Source: an uncultured Bacteroidales bacterium | GTDB taxonomy: Bacteria; Bacteroidota; Bacteroidia; Bacteroidales; VadinHA17 | Reading direction: 5' to 3' | Length of the DNA: 64,000 bases | Assembly: GCA_963760915.1 (NCBI GenBank) | Contig: CAVXEU010000005.1 | Location: forward strand, 329,739 to 393,738 | Part shown: positions 39,156 through 49,102 of the stretch, piece by piece | How the letters are laid out: each line of letters opens with the position of its first letter | How positions within the stretch are numbered: the stretch's first letter is position 1 | Notes under the pieces: model-generated | What the model saw: only the letters and a program-made list of their open reading frames with translations | What the model was told of the DNA's origin: nothing | Databases searched by the model: none | Program-made: the position numbers and the translations under genes

Positions 39156-41522
39156 ATGGAACGAAACTCTGTTTTTAAATTCAATAAGTTATTCCGAAGA
39201 TTTAACGGATTGGTGATACTCAATATCTCGGGCCTTGCACTTGGATTAGCAAGTGTAATATTTATTGCTGTCTGGGTCAGTCATGAACTAAGTTACGACA
39301 GGTTTTTTAAGAATGCAGACAGAATCTACAGGATAGAATCACTTATAAATTTTACCGGTGATCCGTCTGTCTGGAAGATTACACCAGCTCCTGTAGCTAA
39401 CTCTCTGCTTGCTGATTTTCCGGAGGTTCAGGATGCAGTGGTACTCCAGACCGGTTACCAGAGAGCTATAAAAGTTGGCAATAAATTGTTTACTGCTGAT
39501 AATCTGTACTATACGAATCATTCCTATTTCAATATTTTCTCAACAAATATCATATCAGGTGATCCTTCAAAATTGCTTGCTGGTCCCGATGAGATTGTTA
39601 TATCAAGACATATAGCTGAGGTGCTTTTTGGAAATACAGAAGCAGTTGGGAAATCAATTTTGTTTAACAATACGGATTTACTTACCGTTTCCGGGGTCAT
39701 TGAAGACTCCCCCACAAATACACATCTGAAAGTGGATTATCTGGTTCCGTTCCTGCTTCTGAAAAAAGAAGGGAATGATCTGGAAAGCTGGGGAAGGATT
39801 GATTTCATAACTTATATTTTGCTAAAAGAACACACCGATGCAATTCAGTTCAATAATAAATTGTCGGGCTACTGGCAGAGAAAAATGAAAGGCTTTTCAG
39901 GAACTCTTTTCATTAATCCTCTAACCAGGCTTTATCTTTACAGAAATCCCGGATTCGAATCAATAAAATACCCTTACAGCGATAAAGGTCCAATAACAAG
40001 GGTCATCTTATTTTCTGTTATTGGTATTGTGATCTTAATGATAGCCTGTATCAACTTCATAAACCTGTCGACCGCATTCGCTTCCCAGAGAGCAAAAGAG
40101 ATCGGCGTCAGAAAGGTTAATGGGGCAAGCCGGACAAATCTGATTCTCCAGTTGTTCGGAGAATCTCTTTTTCAGACATTTATGGCAACAGTGGCGGCGA
40201 TAATTTTGGTGATCCTCTTACTTCCTGTTTTTGTTAAGGTAAGCGGAGTGAAATTTAATCTTTCAGACCTGTTTTCATTGAGAAATTTATTGATCTGCCT
40301 GATATTGACCTTATTTACAGGATTTGTTTCCGGAATTTATCCTGCCTTTATCCTGTCCTCTTTTAATCCGGTTAAAGTCTTCAAGCCCATGCCGGAGGAT
40401 CTGGTTCAAGGCTCCGGTTTAAGAAAAGTACTGGTAATAATACAATTTGGACTGGCAATTATTTTTATTTTCTGCATCCTTGTCATTAACAGGCAAACAA
40501 ATTATATGCAACAGAGTGACCTTGGTTTTGATAAAGAGAGGGTTATGACCATGTATCCGCATGTCAAACCTGAAGTTGCAGATGCAATCGCAGAACAGAT
40601 CGAAAAGATACCAGGGGTAACCAGGGTTGCGCTTGGAGGAAATGTACCCGTGAATATGGGTAACTTCAGTACAATAAATAAATGGGATGGTAATATCTCG
40701 GGTAAGCCGTTAATGTTTTTTATGATGCAGGTTGATGACAAATATCTGGATCTCCTTGATATAAAGATCTCTGAGGGAAGACAATTTTTTAAAGGTACAA
40801 TTGGGACTGAAGTGATAATTAATGAGACTGCTGTGAAAAAGATGGAAATGGAAGACCCTCTGGGAAAATCAGTATGGTTGGGCGATGTAAGATATACAAT
40901 TATCGGAGTTGTTAAGGATTTTCATTTCCACCAACTGAAAGAAGAAGTTAAACCGGTGTTTATTTTTAAAAATAAAGATTGGTGGGCTAAGTGGATATTT
41001 GTTAAGCTTGATCCGGGAAATCATATTCAGGTAGTTGGCAAAATTCTTGAAGTCGTGAAAAAGTACACCCCCGGATTTCCTGCTGATTATATATTTCTTG
41101 ATCAGGAAACTGACAAGTATTACGATAATGAAAGGAAATTAAGTACACTGATTAATGCAGCTACCATTCTCACAATAGTAATTTCATGTATTGGCCTGTT
41201 TAGTCTGACTGCCTTTACAGTAGGTAAAAAGAGCAAGGAGATAGGTATCAGAAAAGCCTTTGGAGCAGCTATCCCCGCTATAATAATTATGCTCCAAAAG
41301 GATTTTGGCAAACTTGTATTTATATCATCTTTAATAGCTCTGCCTGCAGGATATTATATTATAACCCAATGGCTGAACTCTTATGCAAATCACGTCAGGT
41401 TAACTCCGGACTATTACCTGGCATCGATTCTGATTATTGTAATTATTTCAGCGCTGACTTTGGTATTTCACACCGTAAAAGCCGCAAATCTGAATCCGTC
41501 TGATGCCCTTAGAAATGAGTAG
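39156..41522 (+). CDS. ABC transporter permease (FtsX/MacB-like, duplicated FtsX domains)
   Basis: ~790 aa with the typical N-terminus ...FRRFNGLVILNISGLALGLAS. Two 4-TM FtsX modules are separated by large periplasmic domains. There is no adjacent ATPase. Confidence 0.85.
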   Translation: MERNSVFKFNKLFRRFNGLVILNISGLALGLASVIFIAVWVSHELSYDRFFKNADRIYRIESLINFTGDPSVWKITPAPVANSLLADFPEVQDAVVLQTGYQRAIKVGNKLFTADNLYYTNHSYFNIFSTNIISGDPSKLLAGPDEIVISRHIAEVLFGNTEAVGKSILFNNTDLLTVSGVIEDSPTNTHLKVDYLVPFLLLKKEGNDLESWGRIDFITYILLKEHTDAIQFNNKLSGYWQRKMKGFSGTLFINPLTRLYLYRNPGFESIKYPYSDKGPITRVILFSVIGIVILMIACINFINLSTAFASQRAKEIGVRKVNGASRTNLILQLFGESLFQTFMATVAAIILVILLLPVFVKVSGVKFNLSDLFSLRNLLICLILTLFTGFVSGIYPAFILSSFNPVKVFKPMPEDLVQGSGLRKVLVIIQFGLAIIFIFCILVINRQTNYMQQSDLGFDKERVMTMYPHVKPEVADAIAEQIEKIPGVTRVALGGNVPVNMGNFSTINKWDGNISGKPLMFFMMQVDDKYLDLLDIKISEGRQFFKGTIGTEVIINETAVKKMEMEDPLGKSVWLGDVRYTIIGVVKDFHFHQLKEEVKPVFIFKNKDWWAKWIFVKLDPGNHIQVVGKILEVVKKYTPGFPADYIFLDQETDKYYDNERKLSTLINAATILTIVISCIGLFSLTAFTVGKKSKEIGIRKAFGAAIPAIIIMLQKDFGKLVFISSLIALPAGYYIITQWLNSYANHVRLTPDYYLASILIIVIISALTLVFHTVKAANLNPSDALRNE

Positions 41523-41820
41523 TTGAATGGTCCCTCAAGCTGTAGGTCCTGTAGATCAGAGAATGAACCTTTCGGATGAAAGGATACTTAAAGTGTCCTG
41601 AATTTGATGGATCAATCACTGGTTACCATTGTGTCACACCGCAGAATTCTCCGGATATGAAGGTTAAATATGAAACTTCAGGTGAACTATTAGTTGAAAT
41701 AAATGTTTTATATAGAATCAGTCTAAATAAAGCTTAGTAATATCTTATCAGTTAAATGAAATATTATTTATTTGATTTTCATTTTTAAGCAACTCATTAT
41801 TAACATAAAACTTAATAATT

Positions 41821-42876
41821 ATGAAAGATGAACGGGTTCTCAAAGTAGAAGAGGAAGTGAAAGTAGATCCTACTCATATTCTGAACGTTGGAATGGGATT
41901 CTTCGCTTCAAAGACATTATTAACTGCTGTAAAACTGAATCTATTTTCACTTCTTGCAAACAGGCCTCTGTCAGCAAAGGAAATTAAATTTGAAATATGT
42001 CTGAATGAAAGAGGTTTGTATGATTTTTTAGATGCATTGGTTGCGTTGGGGTTCTTACAAAGAAAAGGCTACAAAAGCACTGCCGTGTATTCTAATTCTG
42101 CTGATACAGATATGTATCTTGATAAAAACAAATTATCATATACAGGAGGGATGCTCGAAATGGCAAATAGCAGGTTGTATCCTTTCTGGAATTACCTCGA
42201 AGATGGATTAAGAACTGGTACGCCTCAGAATGAGACAAGGATTGGCAGGAAACCCCTTTTTGAAGAAATATATTCGGATGCTGACAAAACACGTGAGTTC
42301 GTAAATGCCATGGGAGGTATCCAGTTGGGTAATTTTATAAAGTTTGCAACTGAATTTGATTTTTCGGGTTACAAGACTTTATGCGATCTTGGGGGTGCCG
42401 GTGCACAGTTGTCAATTCAGGTTGCAGCTTATAATCCTCATATGAGATGCATTTCTTTTGATCTCCCTCCGGTAGGTCCAATAGCACAGGAAAACACCAG
42501 TAAAACGGGATTGGCTGAAAGGGTAAAAGTACAATCCGGAGATTTTTTCGTTGATTCATTTCCATCTGCTGATGTTATAACCATGGGCAATATTTTACAT
42601 GGTTATGGATTAGCTGATAAGAAAAAGCTGATAGGGAAGGTCTATGATACTTTACCGAAGGGAGGAGCTCTTGTAGTCATTGAAAACATTATAGATGATG
42701 ACAGACGTGAAAACTCATTCGGATTAATGATGTCTCTCAATATGGTTATAGAATCTCCCGAAGGCTTCAACTTTACAGCTGCGGATTTTAATGAGTGGAC
42801 CCGGGAAGCAGGATTTACCAAAACTTCAGTAATACCATTGACAGGGCCCTCAAGTGCAGTTATTGCAATAAAATAA
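41821..42876 (+). CDS. class I SAM-dependent O-methyltransferase (family 2, with dimerisation domain)
   Basis: 351 aa with SAM motif LCDLGGAGAQLS, plus ITMGNILHGY and LVVIENIIDD. Confidence 0.75.
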   Translation: MKDERVLKVEEEVKVDPTHILNVGMGFFASKTLLTAVKLNLFSLLANRPLSAKEIKFEICLNERGLYDFLDALVALGFLQRKGYKSTAVYSNSADTDMYLDKNKLSYTGGMLEMANSRLYPFWNYLEDGLRTGTPQNETRIGRKPLFEEIYSDADKTREFVNAMGGIQLGNFIKFATEFDFSGYKTLCDLGGAGAQLSIQVAAYNPHMRCISFDLPPVGPIAQENTSKTGLAERVKVQSGDFFVDSFPSADVITMGNILHGYGLADKKKLIGKVYDTLPKGGALVVIENIIDDDRRENSFGLMMSLNMVIESPEGFNFTAADFNEWTREAGFTKTSVIPLTGPSSAVIAIK

Positions 42877-43165
42877 GGGACAAATGAAAAATGCGACTCT
42901 TGATAATTTTTAAGAGATAGCTGGTCTACGGGATTTTTCCTTTGCCATATTAGTCAGATATGTTACTGTTATGGATAAGAAAGAGAAACCTTATTTTTCA
43001 GTAAGGGTTCTTTTTCTTCCAACAAGTCAAAAGATACAACCAAAATAACTTTCAACGGTTGCTATCTGGACAGGTATAATGTTATTGTCAAGAGTTTGTC
43101 TGCAATTCAGATCATGCTTCAGATAAATTTTTGTGATAAGGATTATGGCAGTGCAGGTTATTGCT

Positions 43166-43675
43166 TCAGGGTACTTCAATCTCTGAAGGATCATCAGTAC
43201 TTTCAACATAAAACCAGTCATCAATTGCATTCGGATCGAGAGCGATTTTTTCTGAGGTCACTTTCAGGTATTTCCCTTCCGCAGAAACAGCGATATCACC
43301 ATTTGGAAGAATAATTTCTCCTGTCCCCTCAAAAGAACGGGATCCTTCACTGGTAACACGACCAACGATTTTCAATTCCTGTCCGAGAGGTACGGGTTTC
43401 CGGAATCTGGTTTTCAATTCAATTGTCACACCCCATATCTGTTCATCTTTCCCGTTACATATAGACCTGGCAATTGTTTCATCAATAATCGTTGCGGCTA
43501 TGCCACCATGCATTCGTCCCGGATAACCCTGGTGATGCTCAGCAGGAGTAATGAGGGTTACAAGTTCATTGGCGTCTGTCTCGTAGAATCTGGCATGCAA
43601 GCCGAAATCATTCCTTTCACCGCAGACAAAACACATCTTTGAGATGTTTTGTTTTTTTAGGATTTTGTATTTCAT
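43166..43675 (-). CDS. PaaI-family hotdog-fold thioesterase
   Basis: Start MKYKILKK... then the CFVCGERNDFGLHARFYE N-terminus and GRMHGGIAATIIDE. The upstream extension in the ORF track lies inside the conserved noncoding element. Confidence 0.8.
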   Translation of the reverse strand: MKYKILKKQNISKMCFVCGERNDFGLHARFYETDANELVTLITPAEHHQGYPGRMHGGIAATIIDETIARSICNGKDEQIWGVTIELKTRFRKPVPLGQELKIVGRVTSEGSRSFEGTGEIILPNGDIAVSAEGKYLKVTSEKIALDPNAIDDWFYVESTDDPSEIEVP

Positions 43676-43780
43676 GATAATCAATAAGGATTCAGTTTTG
43701 AGGTAATCATCTGAATTGTTAAAACAGAGGTGAAATGTACAATTTTTAGATAATAAGATCAATGATGTTTGATCTGAATC
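43675..43780 (-). promoter_or_regulatory. conserved ~105-nt promoter/leader element, copy B (upstream of the thioesterase)
   Basis: Paralog of 34441..34545. On the minus strand it has TTG-N20-TACATTTC, then the same conserved blocks. Its TTGATTATC end abuts the ATG. Confidence 0.5.
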
Positions 43781-44068
43781 TTGATTTTGTTAATCTAAAA
43801 AAAAGAGTGCCAGACGAATGGAAACAACATATAATCAATCGCTTGGCATCACTTGTAATATGCGGTTAAAAATTTCACCTGAGCAGAGTACCGGATAGGG
43901 ATGAGACATTATTTTAGGTTTCCAAATATCTGGTTGACCCAATAGATATATAATTTCTCCATTATAAGTGAATCCCTGAGTCAAAAACTCTTTTTGCATA
44001 ACAGCTCCTTATATTGATCATCCATAAAGAGTTTCGATCAGTCTCCGGCTCCAACAGGTTTAAAACTA

Positions 44069-44917
44069 CTATTCAAAATTCCTGAAATTGTACTTTAGTT
44101 CTCCGTTACTTACGTTGAGGACACAGTATCCGGGGTTATCAGCTGTATCTTCAAGCGGATCCATAACGATAAACCTTGTTATTCCAAAGAGTCTGTCATC
44201 TTTTCTGTGATCATGACCAGTTATCATCATTTCAACATGATTTATTGTAAACAGTTTAACAAGAGCGCAAATTTCTTCAGGAAGGGGATTTGTGCTTTCT
44301 GCCTGCTTTACTCTGAAAAAATTATTATGGGTAATCACTACACAACGCCGATAATGCTGACGTATATCTTTGAGTGTATTTACCAGCCATGAGAACTGAA
44401 TCTTGCCCAGTGTCCCGGCTGATGTATCGAGACATATAAAAATATCCGAACCTCCCGGAGTTTTGACTGTAAAAACATAGGTCGAGGAGCCAAACCGATT
44501 AAAAAACTCGTTCCAGCCTGCATAATGCAGATCGTGATTTCCGGCAACCATGAATATGTGCAATGAATCACTTGAAGGTATATGTTTTTCCAGGACATCA
44601 TAATCTTTTTTTCTGCCTGAGCACAAATCGCCAGCCATTGCCACTGCAACAGCATTCGATTTTTTCGCGAGACTGAAGAATTTGTCAAGGTTGTTTGTTG
44701 AACCAACATGGCTGTCACTCATACAGAAAATAGTGTATTCGTCAGTGTTTATTTCCAGATCGTTTTTAGGATTTTTAGAGTCCCAGTCGAGTGACTGCTC
44801 CACTCGCTTGTCAACTGTTTCATTCAGAGAAAAATACCCTTCATCTTTTGAGCAACCTTCCAAAATCATTACTGAAACTAAGATTATAGTAACCTTACTA
44901 TTTGTCAGAAATTCCAT
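44069..44917 (-). CDS. metallophosphoesterase (calcineurin-like), lipoprotein
   Basis: MSDSHVG, MAGDLCSG, VAGNHD, ITHNNF and GHDHRKD. Lipobox ILEGCS. The gene overlaps its upstream neighbour by 13 nt. Confidence 0.85.
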   Translation of the reverse strand: MEFLTNSKVTIILVSVMILEGCSKDEGYFSLNETVDKRVEQSLDWDSKNPKNDLEINTDEYTIFCMSDSHVGSTNNLDKFFSLAKKSNAVAVAMAGDLCSGRKKDYDVLEKHIPSSDSLHIFMVAGNHDLHYAGWNEFFNRFGSSTYVFTVKTPGGSDIFICLDTSAGTLGKIQFSWLVNTLKDIRQHYRRCVVITHNNFFRVKQAESTNPLPEEICALVKLFTINHVEMMITGHDHRKDDRLFGITRFIVMDPLEDTADNPGYCVLNVSNGELKYNFRNFE

Positions 44918-45660
44918 ATTACTCCTGTTTTTAAGTTAAAACCAAAATATCCAATAGCAAAATTGGTCAACCCTGCCAATTCATATGAGAGATCAGCATT
45001 AATGCTGAATTTATCGGAGAACCTCAGATAACTGTTTATTTTAAAAATGGGATTTGTCTCCTGGTTAAAATGAAAATAATCCATATCAGTTATCGCACAA
45101 CCTATGTTCCACTTATTATCGGCGGGCCTGATTTTGTAATCGAATGAATATATAATATTGAAGGTCTCATGGATGGAAGCTGCATCGTTACTTATTTTGT
45201 ACTCCTGTTGTGCTTTGCTGCTGAAAGAAAGGGTCTTGAAATTTGTTCCTATGGTCATTTCAAAATGAGTCAGCTTCATTTTCAGAGTACCTCCCCAGTT
45301 TTTTTCATTAACTATTCCTGTCAAATCTGTTATGACGTAAAAACCTTGAAATTGGACAGTGGTCTTCTTTATAAAAATGGTTCTTGCCGCGTTAAAAGAT
45401 AAACCGGAAATTTTAAATACACCTGGAATTAAATGGCCTGACCGGATACCTATTCCGAATGAGTATTTCGCTTTTGCGAGATTTAAAAGTGCTGCAGGTC
45501 TTATATATAAACCGTTTGAGACATTATTTTCACCAAATTCAGTGTAAGCTGTAAGTGCAGACTGGCCGCTGGCCATGTGGATTGTGGTCAGAATCAGTAA
45601 CAGGGAGAAGAGATGCTTGTTTTTTTTACCTACTCTCATATGTGCCGCTGGATCTTTCAT
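44905..45660 (-). CDS. putative outer-membrane beta-barrel protein
   Basis: Signal peptide (the start may be MRVGKK at 45639). Alternating beta-strand pattern and a C-terminal ...GVIWNF aromatic end. Confidence 0.55.
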   Translation of the reverse strand: MKDPAAHMRVGKKNKHLFSLLLILTTIHMASGQSALTAYTEFGENNVSNGLYIRPAALLNLAKAKYSFGIGIRSGHLIPGVFKISGLSFNAARTIFIKKTTVQFQGFYVITDLTGIVNEKNWGGTLKMKLTHFEMTIGTNFKTLSFSSKAQQEYKISNDAASIHETFNIIYSFDYKIRPADNKWNIGCAITDMDYFHFNQETNPIFKINSYLRFSDKFSINADLSYELAGLTNFAIGYFGFNLKTGVIWNF

Positions 45661-45702
45661 TTAAATCTGATTAAGTTCATCTTTGTTGAGCAAAGGTGAC
45701 TA

Positions 45703-45718
45703 ACCAATATTGGGACCA
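45703..45718 (-). promoter_or_regulatory. weak sigma-54-like -24/-12 element (TGGTCC-N5-TTGG)
   Basis: Minus strand reads TGGTCCCAATATTGGT, 42 nt upstream of ATG 45660. The spacing between GG and the -12 dinucleotide is correct, but the -12 reads GG instead of GC. Confidence 0.25.
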
Positions 45719-45870
45719 TTTGTTGTATTTATCAGATAATCAGTTTAGTAAAAATCATTCCGATCAGGGGGAAATTAAATTTTGCAGCATTTTGATACAA
45801 TGCATTGTTTCATAATGATTCACTTCTTAACTTTACATTTAGGTGGAGAATAATTAGAATCAAATTGCGG

Positions 45871-47262
45871 ATGAGCGCTGAACGTTCTGAAAATATTTTG
45901 ATTGTCGATGATGATAAGGATGTCCTTTATACCGCAGGCCTTGCTTTTAAAAGACTTTTTAATAAAGTTGATCTTATCGATTCTCCATCCCTTTTACCAA
46001 AGTACATGGCAAGGGAAAAATATGCCCTTATACTGCTGGATATGAATTTTTCGAAGGGCGTGACATCTGGTCGGGAGGGTCTGCTATGGCTTGAAAAAAT
46101 CCGTCAGATGGATCCTGATGTTCATATTCTTGCAACCACAGCATATGGAGAAATTGAACTTGCTGTTAAAAGTATGAAGCTGGGAGCTTCTGATTTCATT
46201 ACAAAACCGTGGAATAGTATTCAACTGATCAATACAGCCATTAAAATATTAAATAAAGAAAAGGAGAGGCATAATGAAGATGATCACTTATCAGAAAATT
46301 CCAGAGAGGTTAGATCCAGTCGGGGAACCTATCCTGATTTAATAAGTAAGTCAGCTATTATGTCATCTGTCCTGGAAACTATAAGGACTGTTGCTCCGAC
46401 GGATGCAAATGTACTTATAACAGGAGAAAATGGAACAGGAAAGGAGCTGGCTGCCTGGACCTTGCATCGCGAGTCACTAAGAAAGGACCGTAAATTTGTT
46501 CATGTTGATCTGGGTGCCATTCCCGAATCTCTGTTCGAGTCAGAATTATTCGGGCATACACGAGGCGCTTTCACTGATGCAAAAGACGAAAGGACAGGGA
46601 TATTTGAGTCAGCATCTGAAGGAACCCTCTTTCTTGATGAAATAGGAAATCTCACTTTGCCTTTGCAGGCCAAATTGCTGACGGTACTTCAGAGAAGGGA
46701 AATAATAAGGATCGGTAGTAATAAATCAATTCCGATAGATGTAAGATTGATTTCTGCCACCAATATGGCTCTTTATGAAATGGCCGAATCATTCCTCTTC
46801 AGGCAGGACCTTCTTTACCGGCTCAATACAGTTGAAATTGTCCTGCCCCCACTGCGTGAAAGGAAAGAAGATATCATGCCCATAGCTTATCATTATATTA
46901 ATATCTTCTCTGAAAAATATGACAGGCAGGGTATTTTAATAAATGAAAATGTTTTTCAGAAACTCATGGATTACAACTGGCCTGGAAACATAAGAGAGCT
47001 TTCTCATTCTATAGAAAGGGCTGTAATTCTAAACAAGAGCGGGATACTCACTGCAGAGGATTTTGTACTTAACAACAGAGCCAGGTCTTCCTCCTTGGAG
47101 GAAGTACCCATTGTTAGTGTGAAGGACTTTGAAATAAAGGCTATCAGCAACGCTCTTATCAAACATAAGGGAAATCTCTCAAAAGCCGCTCAGGAACTTG
47201 GAATCTCAAGAAGTACACTTTATAGGAAGATAGCACATTTTGGACTGGATAATTTATGCTGA
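45871..47262 (+). CDS. sigma-54-dependent response regulator (NtrC family: REC + AAA+ + Fis-type HTH)
   Basis: ILIVDDD...LLDMNF receiver, GENGTGKE Walker A, ESELFGH (GAFTGA-region equivalent FGHTRGAFTDA) and C-terminal AAQELGISRSTLYRKI. Confidence 0.9.
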   Translation: MSAERSENILIVDDDKDVLYTAGLAFKRLFNKVDLIDSPSLLPKYMAREKYALILLDMNFSKGVTSGREGLLWLEKIRQMDPDVHILATTAYGEIELAVKSMKLGASDFITKPWNSIQLINTAIKILNKEKERHNEDDHLSENSREVRSSRGTYPDLISKSAIMSSVLETIRTVAPTDANVLITGENGTGKELAAWTLHRESLRKDRKFVHVDLGAIPESLFESELFGHTRGAFTDAKDERTGIFESASEGTLFLDEIGNLTLPLQAKLLTVLQRREIIRIGSNKSIPIDVRLISATNMALYEMAESFLFRQDLLYRLNTVEIVLPPLRERKEDIMPIAYHYINIFSEKYDRQGILINENVFQKLMDYNWPGNIRELSHSIERAVILNKSGILTAEDFVLNNRARSSSLEEVPIVSVKDFEIKAISNALIKHKGNLSKAAQELGISRSTLYRKIAHFGLDNLC

Positions 47263-48734
47263 TTTCCTTTTATTACGGAGCTAAAATCTGTTTAAATATG
47301 AAAATTGGAGTATTTGGGATCATCCAGAAGGTATGGAGATATATTTCAAATATGGGAATTGGAAAGGGCGACTCCCGCCTGACCCCCAGAACTGTTATGC
47401 TGAGCAATCAGCTAAATTTTCTTTTGTTTATCACGACATTCCTTCTTCTGCTTTTTATCATTATTACACAGATTTCAATTAATGATCGGATGTCAGTTGG
47501 TACTTTCCGTGTCTTTTTAACCCTGCTTTTAAGTATAATTAACCTGCTTTTAGCCTGGGCGGGGTTTACAAGAACCAGCATGATTTCCCTGATCTTCCTG
47601 CCTTCAGTCATTTTCCTCCTGCTACCTACATATATGGGATATGTTGAGGAAGAAGGATTCACTTACTATCCATACATTGTCGTAGGAATCTCAGTCGTAG
47701 CTCAGATTTTGATTAATCCGAGGAAAGAGAAAGTACTCTTCTGGTCTGCACTTTCTTATTTTTTTATCCTTATTCTTGTAATTGATAAACTGATGGTCTG
47801 GTATAGTCCGATAGATTATCCTATCATTCACAGGATATATACATTTTATCCATATTATAAAATTGCGCCCATTGGTTTATTCCTTTTTATAAATGTAAAT
47901 ATCTATTATCTAAGGACACTTAACTTCAGATTTGAAACTCAGCTTGAGGCCAAAAATATTGAGCTTAAAAGCCATAATATTGAGCTTAAATCACAAAGAG
48001 ATGAAATTGACAGACAAAAAGATGAACTGGTGAAAAAAGAGATAAGTACATGGCAGAAACTGGTCGGTATCATCTCACACGAAATACTGAATTCGGCAAT
48101 CCCGATAACAAATCTTGCCGGAATGACCGGTCAGATGCTTGAAGATGATTCCGGATCTGTTCTGAAGCCAGACATTTTACAGGAAGAAACAGTGGAAGAC
48201 ATACACCACAGTCTGAAAATTATTGAGAACCGTACTCAGGCATTGATAAATTTTGTCAGAGCAACAAAAAATCTCACTAGTATACCCAAACCTAATTTCA
48301 GGGATTTCCGAATTGCAGAACTTTTTGAACGAATAAAGATTCTGTATCAAGCCAGGTTCAAAGAAAAGAACATAAAATTTTCTTCCTCGGTTGATCAACC
48401 AGAATTGAGCTTAAATGCTGACCTGGAATTGATTGAACAGGTAATAATTAACCTGATACAGAATTCAATTGATGCTATGCTGGAGACACCTGACCCTGAA
48501 CTTATTCTTTCTGCCGTAGATGATTCAAGGCATATTCAGATTACAGTTTCCGATAATGGCCCCGGCATAAAGGAAGATGACATCGGTAAAGTGTTTCTGC
48601 CTTTTTATTCTTCAAAGCTAAACAGTTCGGGTATCGGGCTGAGCCTTTCGCAGCAAATCATGGGGTTGCATCACGGGAGGCTTGACCTCGTTGCCGGTCA
48701 GAAAAGTGGAGTAAAATTTATAATGATATTTTGA
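47256..48734 (+). CDS. sensor histidine kinase (multi-TM sensor, HisKA + HATPase_c)
   Basis: The ATG overlaps the regulator stop (ATGCTGA). Several N-terminal TM helices, a coiled coil, H-box ISHEILNS, N-box LIQNSIDA and G-boxes DNGPGI / GIGLSL. Confidence 0.85.
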   Translation: MLISFYYGAKICLNMKIGVFGIIQKVWRYISNMGIGKGDSRLTPRTVMLSNQLNFLLFITTFLLLLFIIITQISINDRMSVGTFRVFLTLLLSIINLLLAWAGFTRTSMISLIFLPSVIFLLLPTYMGYVEEEGFTYYPYIVVGISVVAQILINPRKEKVLFWSALSYFFILILVIDKLMVWYSPIDYPIIHRIYTFYPYYKIAPIGLFLFINVNIYYLRTLNFRFETQLEAKNIELKSHNIELKSQRDEIDRQKDELVKKEISTWQKLVGIISHEILNSAIPITNLAGMTGQMLEDDSGSVLKPDILQEETVEDIHHSLKIIENRTQALINFVRATKNLTSIPKPNFRDFRIAELFERIKILYQARFKEKNIKFSSSVDQPELSLNADLELIEQVIINLIQNSIDAMLETPDPELILSAVDDSRHIQITVSDNGPGIKEDDIGKVFLPFYSSKLNSSGIGLSLSQQIMGLHHGRLDLVAGQKSGVKFIMIF

Positions 48735-49102
48735 AAACAGTATTATCTATCTGCATTGCCAGGCACCCTTACCATACCTTGCCAGTCAGATGGTACTAAT
48801 ATACAGAACTTAATAACAGGTATTTAACTCCGGTCGTTGATGGTTAAGTAGGGGCAAGGTCACTGGCTGTTCCAGACAGTGTGGAACTTAATGGATAAAA
48901 GTGCCCACCCTCGCTTAGTCTCTTGCTCTATATGGTCCCCGGAGCGGGACAAAAGCAGCAACCAGTTTGCAGATTTTAAGTTTAATAGTTTGCTCCAATA
49001 AAAAGCTCCTTATAACACAACCTAATTAAATCTTCTTAAGTGTTTTATTCTCCTTTTTAAAAAAGGTTTCTAGTGGAGCATTTAAGTAGTACATTATAAG
49101 AA

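Noticed and set aside
48923-48961. Possible SRP (4.5S) RNA helix-8-like hairpin because of ...GGGACAAAAGCAGCAACC
   Set aside because: The conserved GGAA tetraloop and the flanking GGUCC...GGAAGCAGC arrangement are not present. I kept it only as part of an unclassified structured island.
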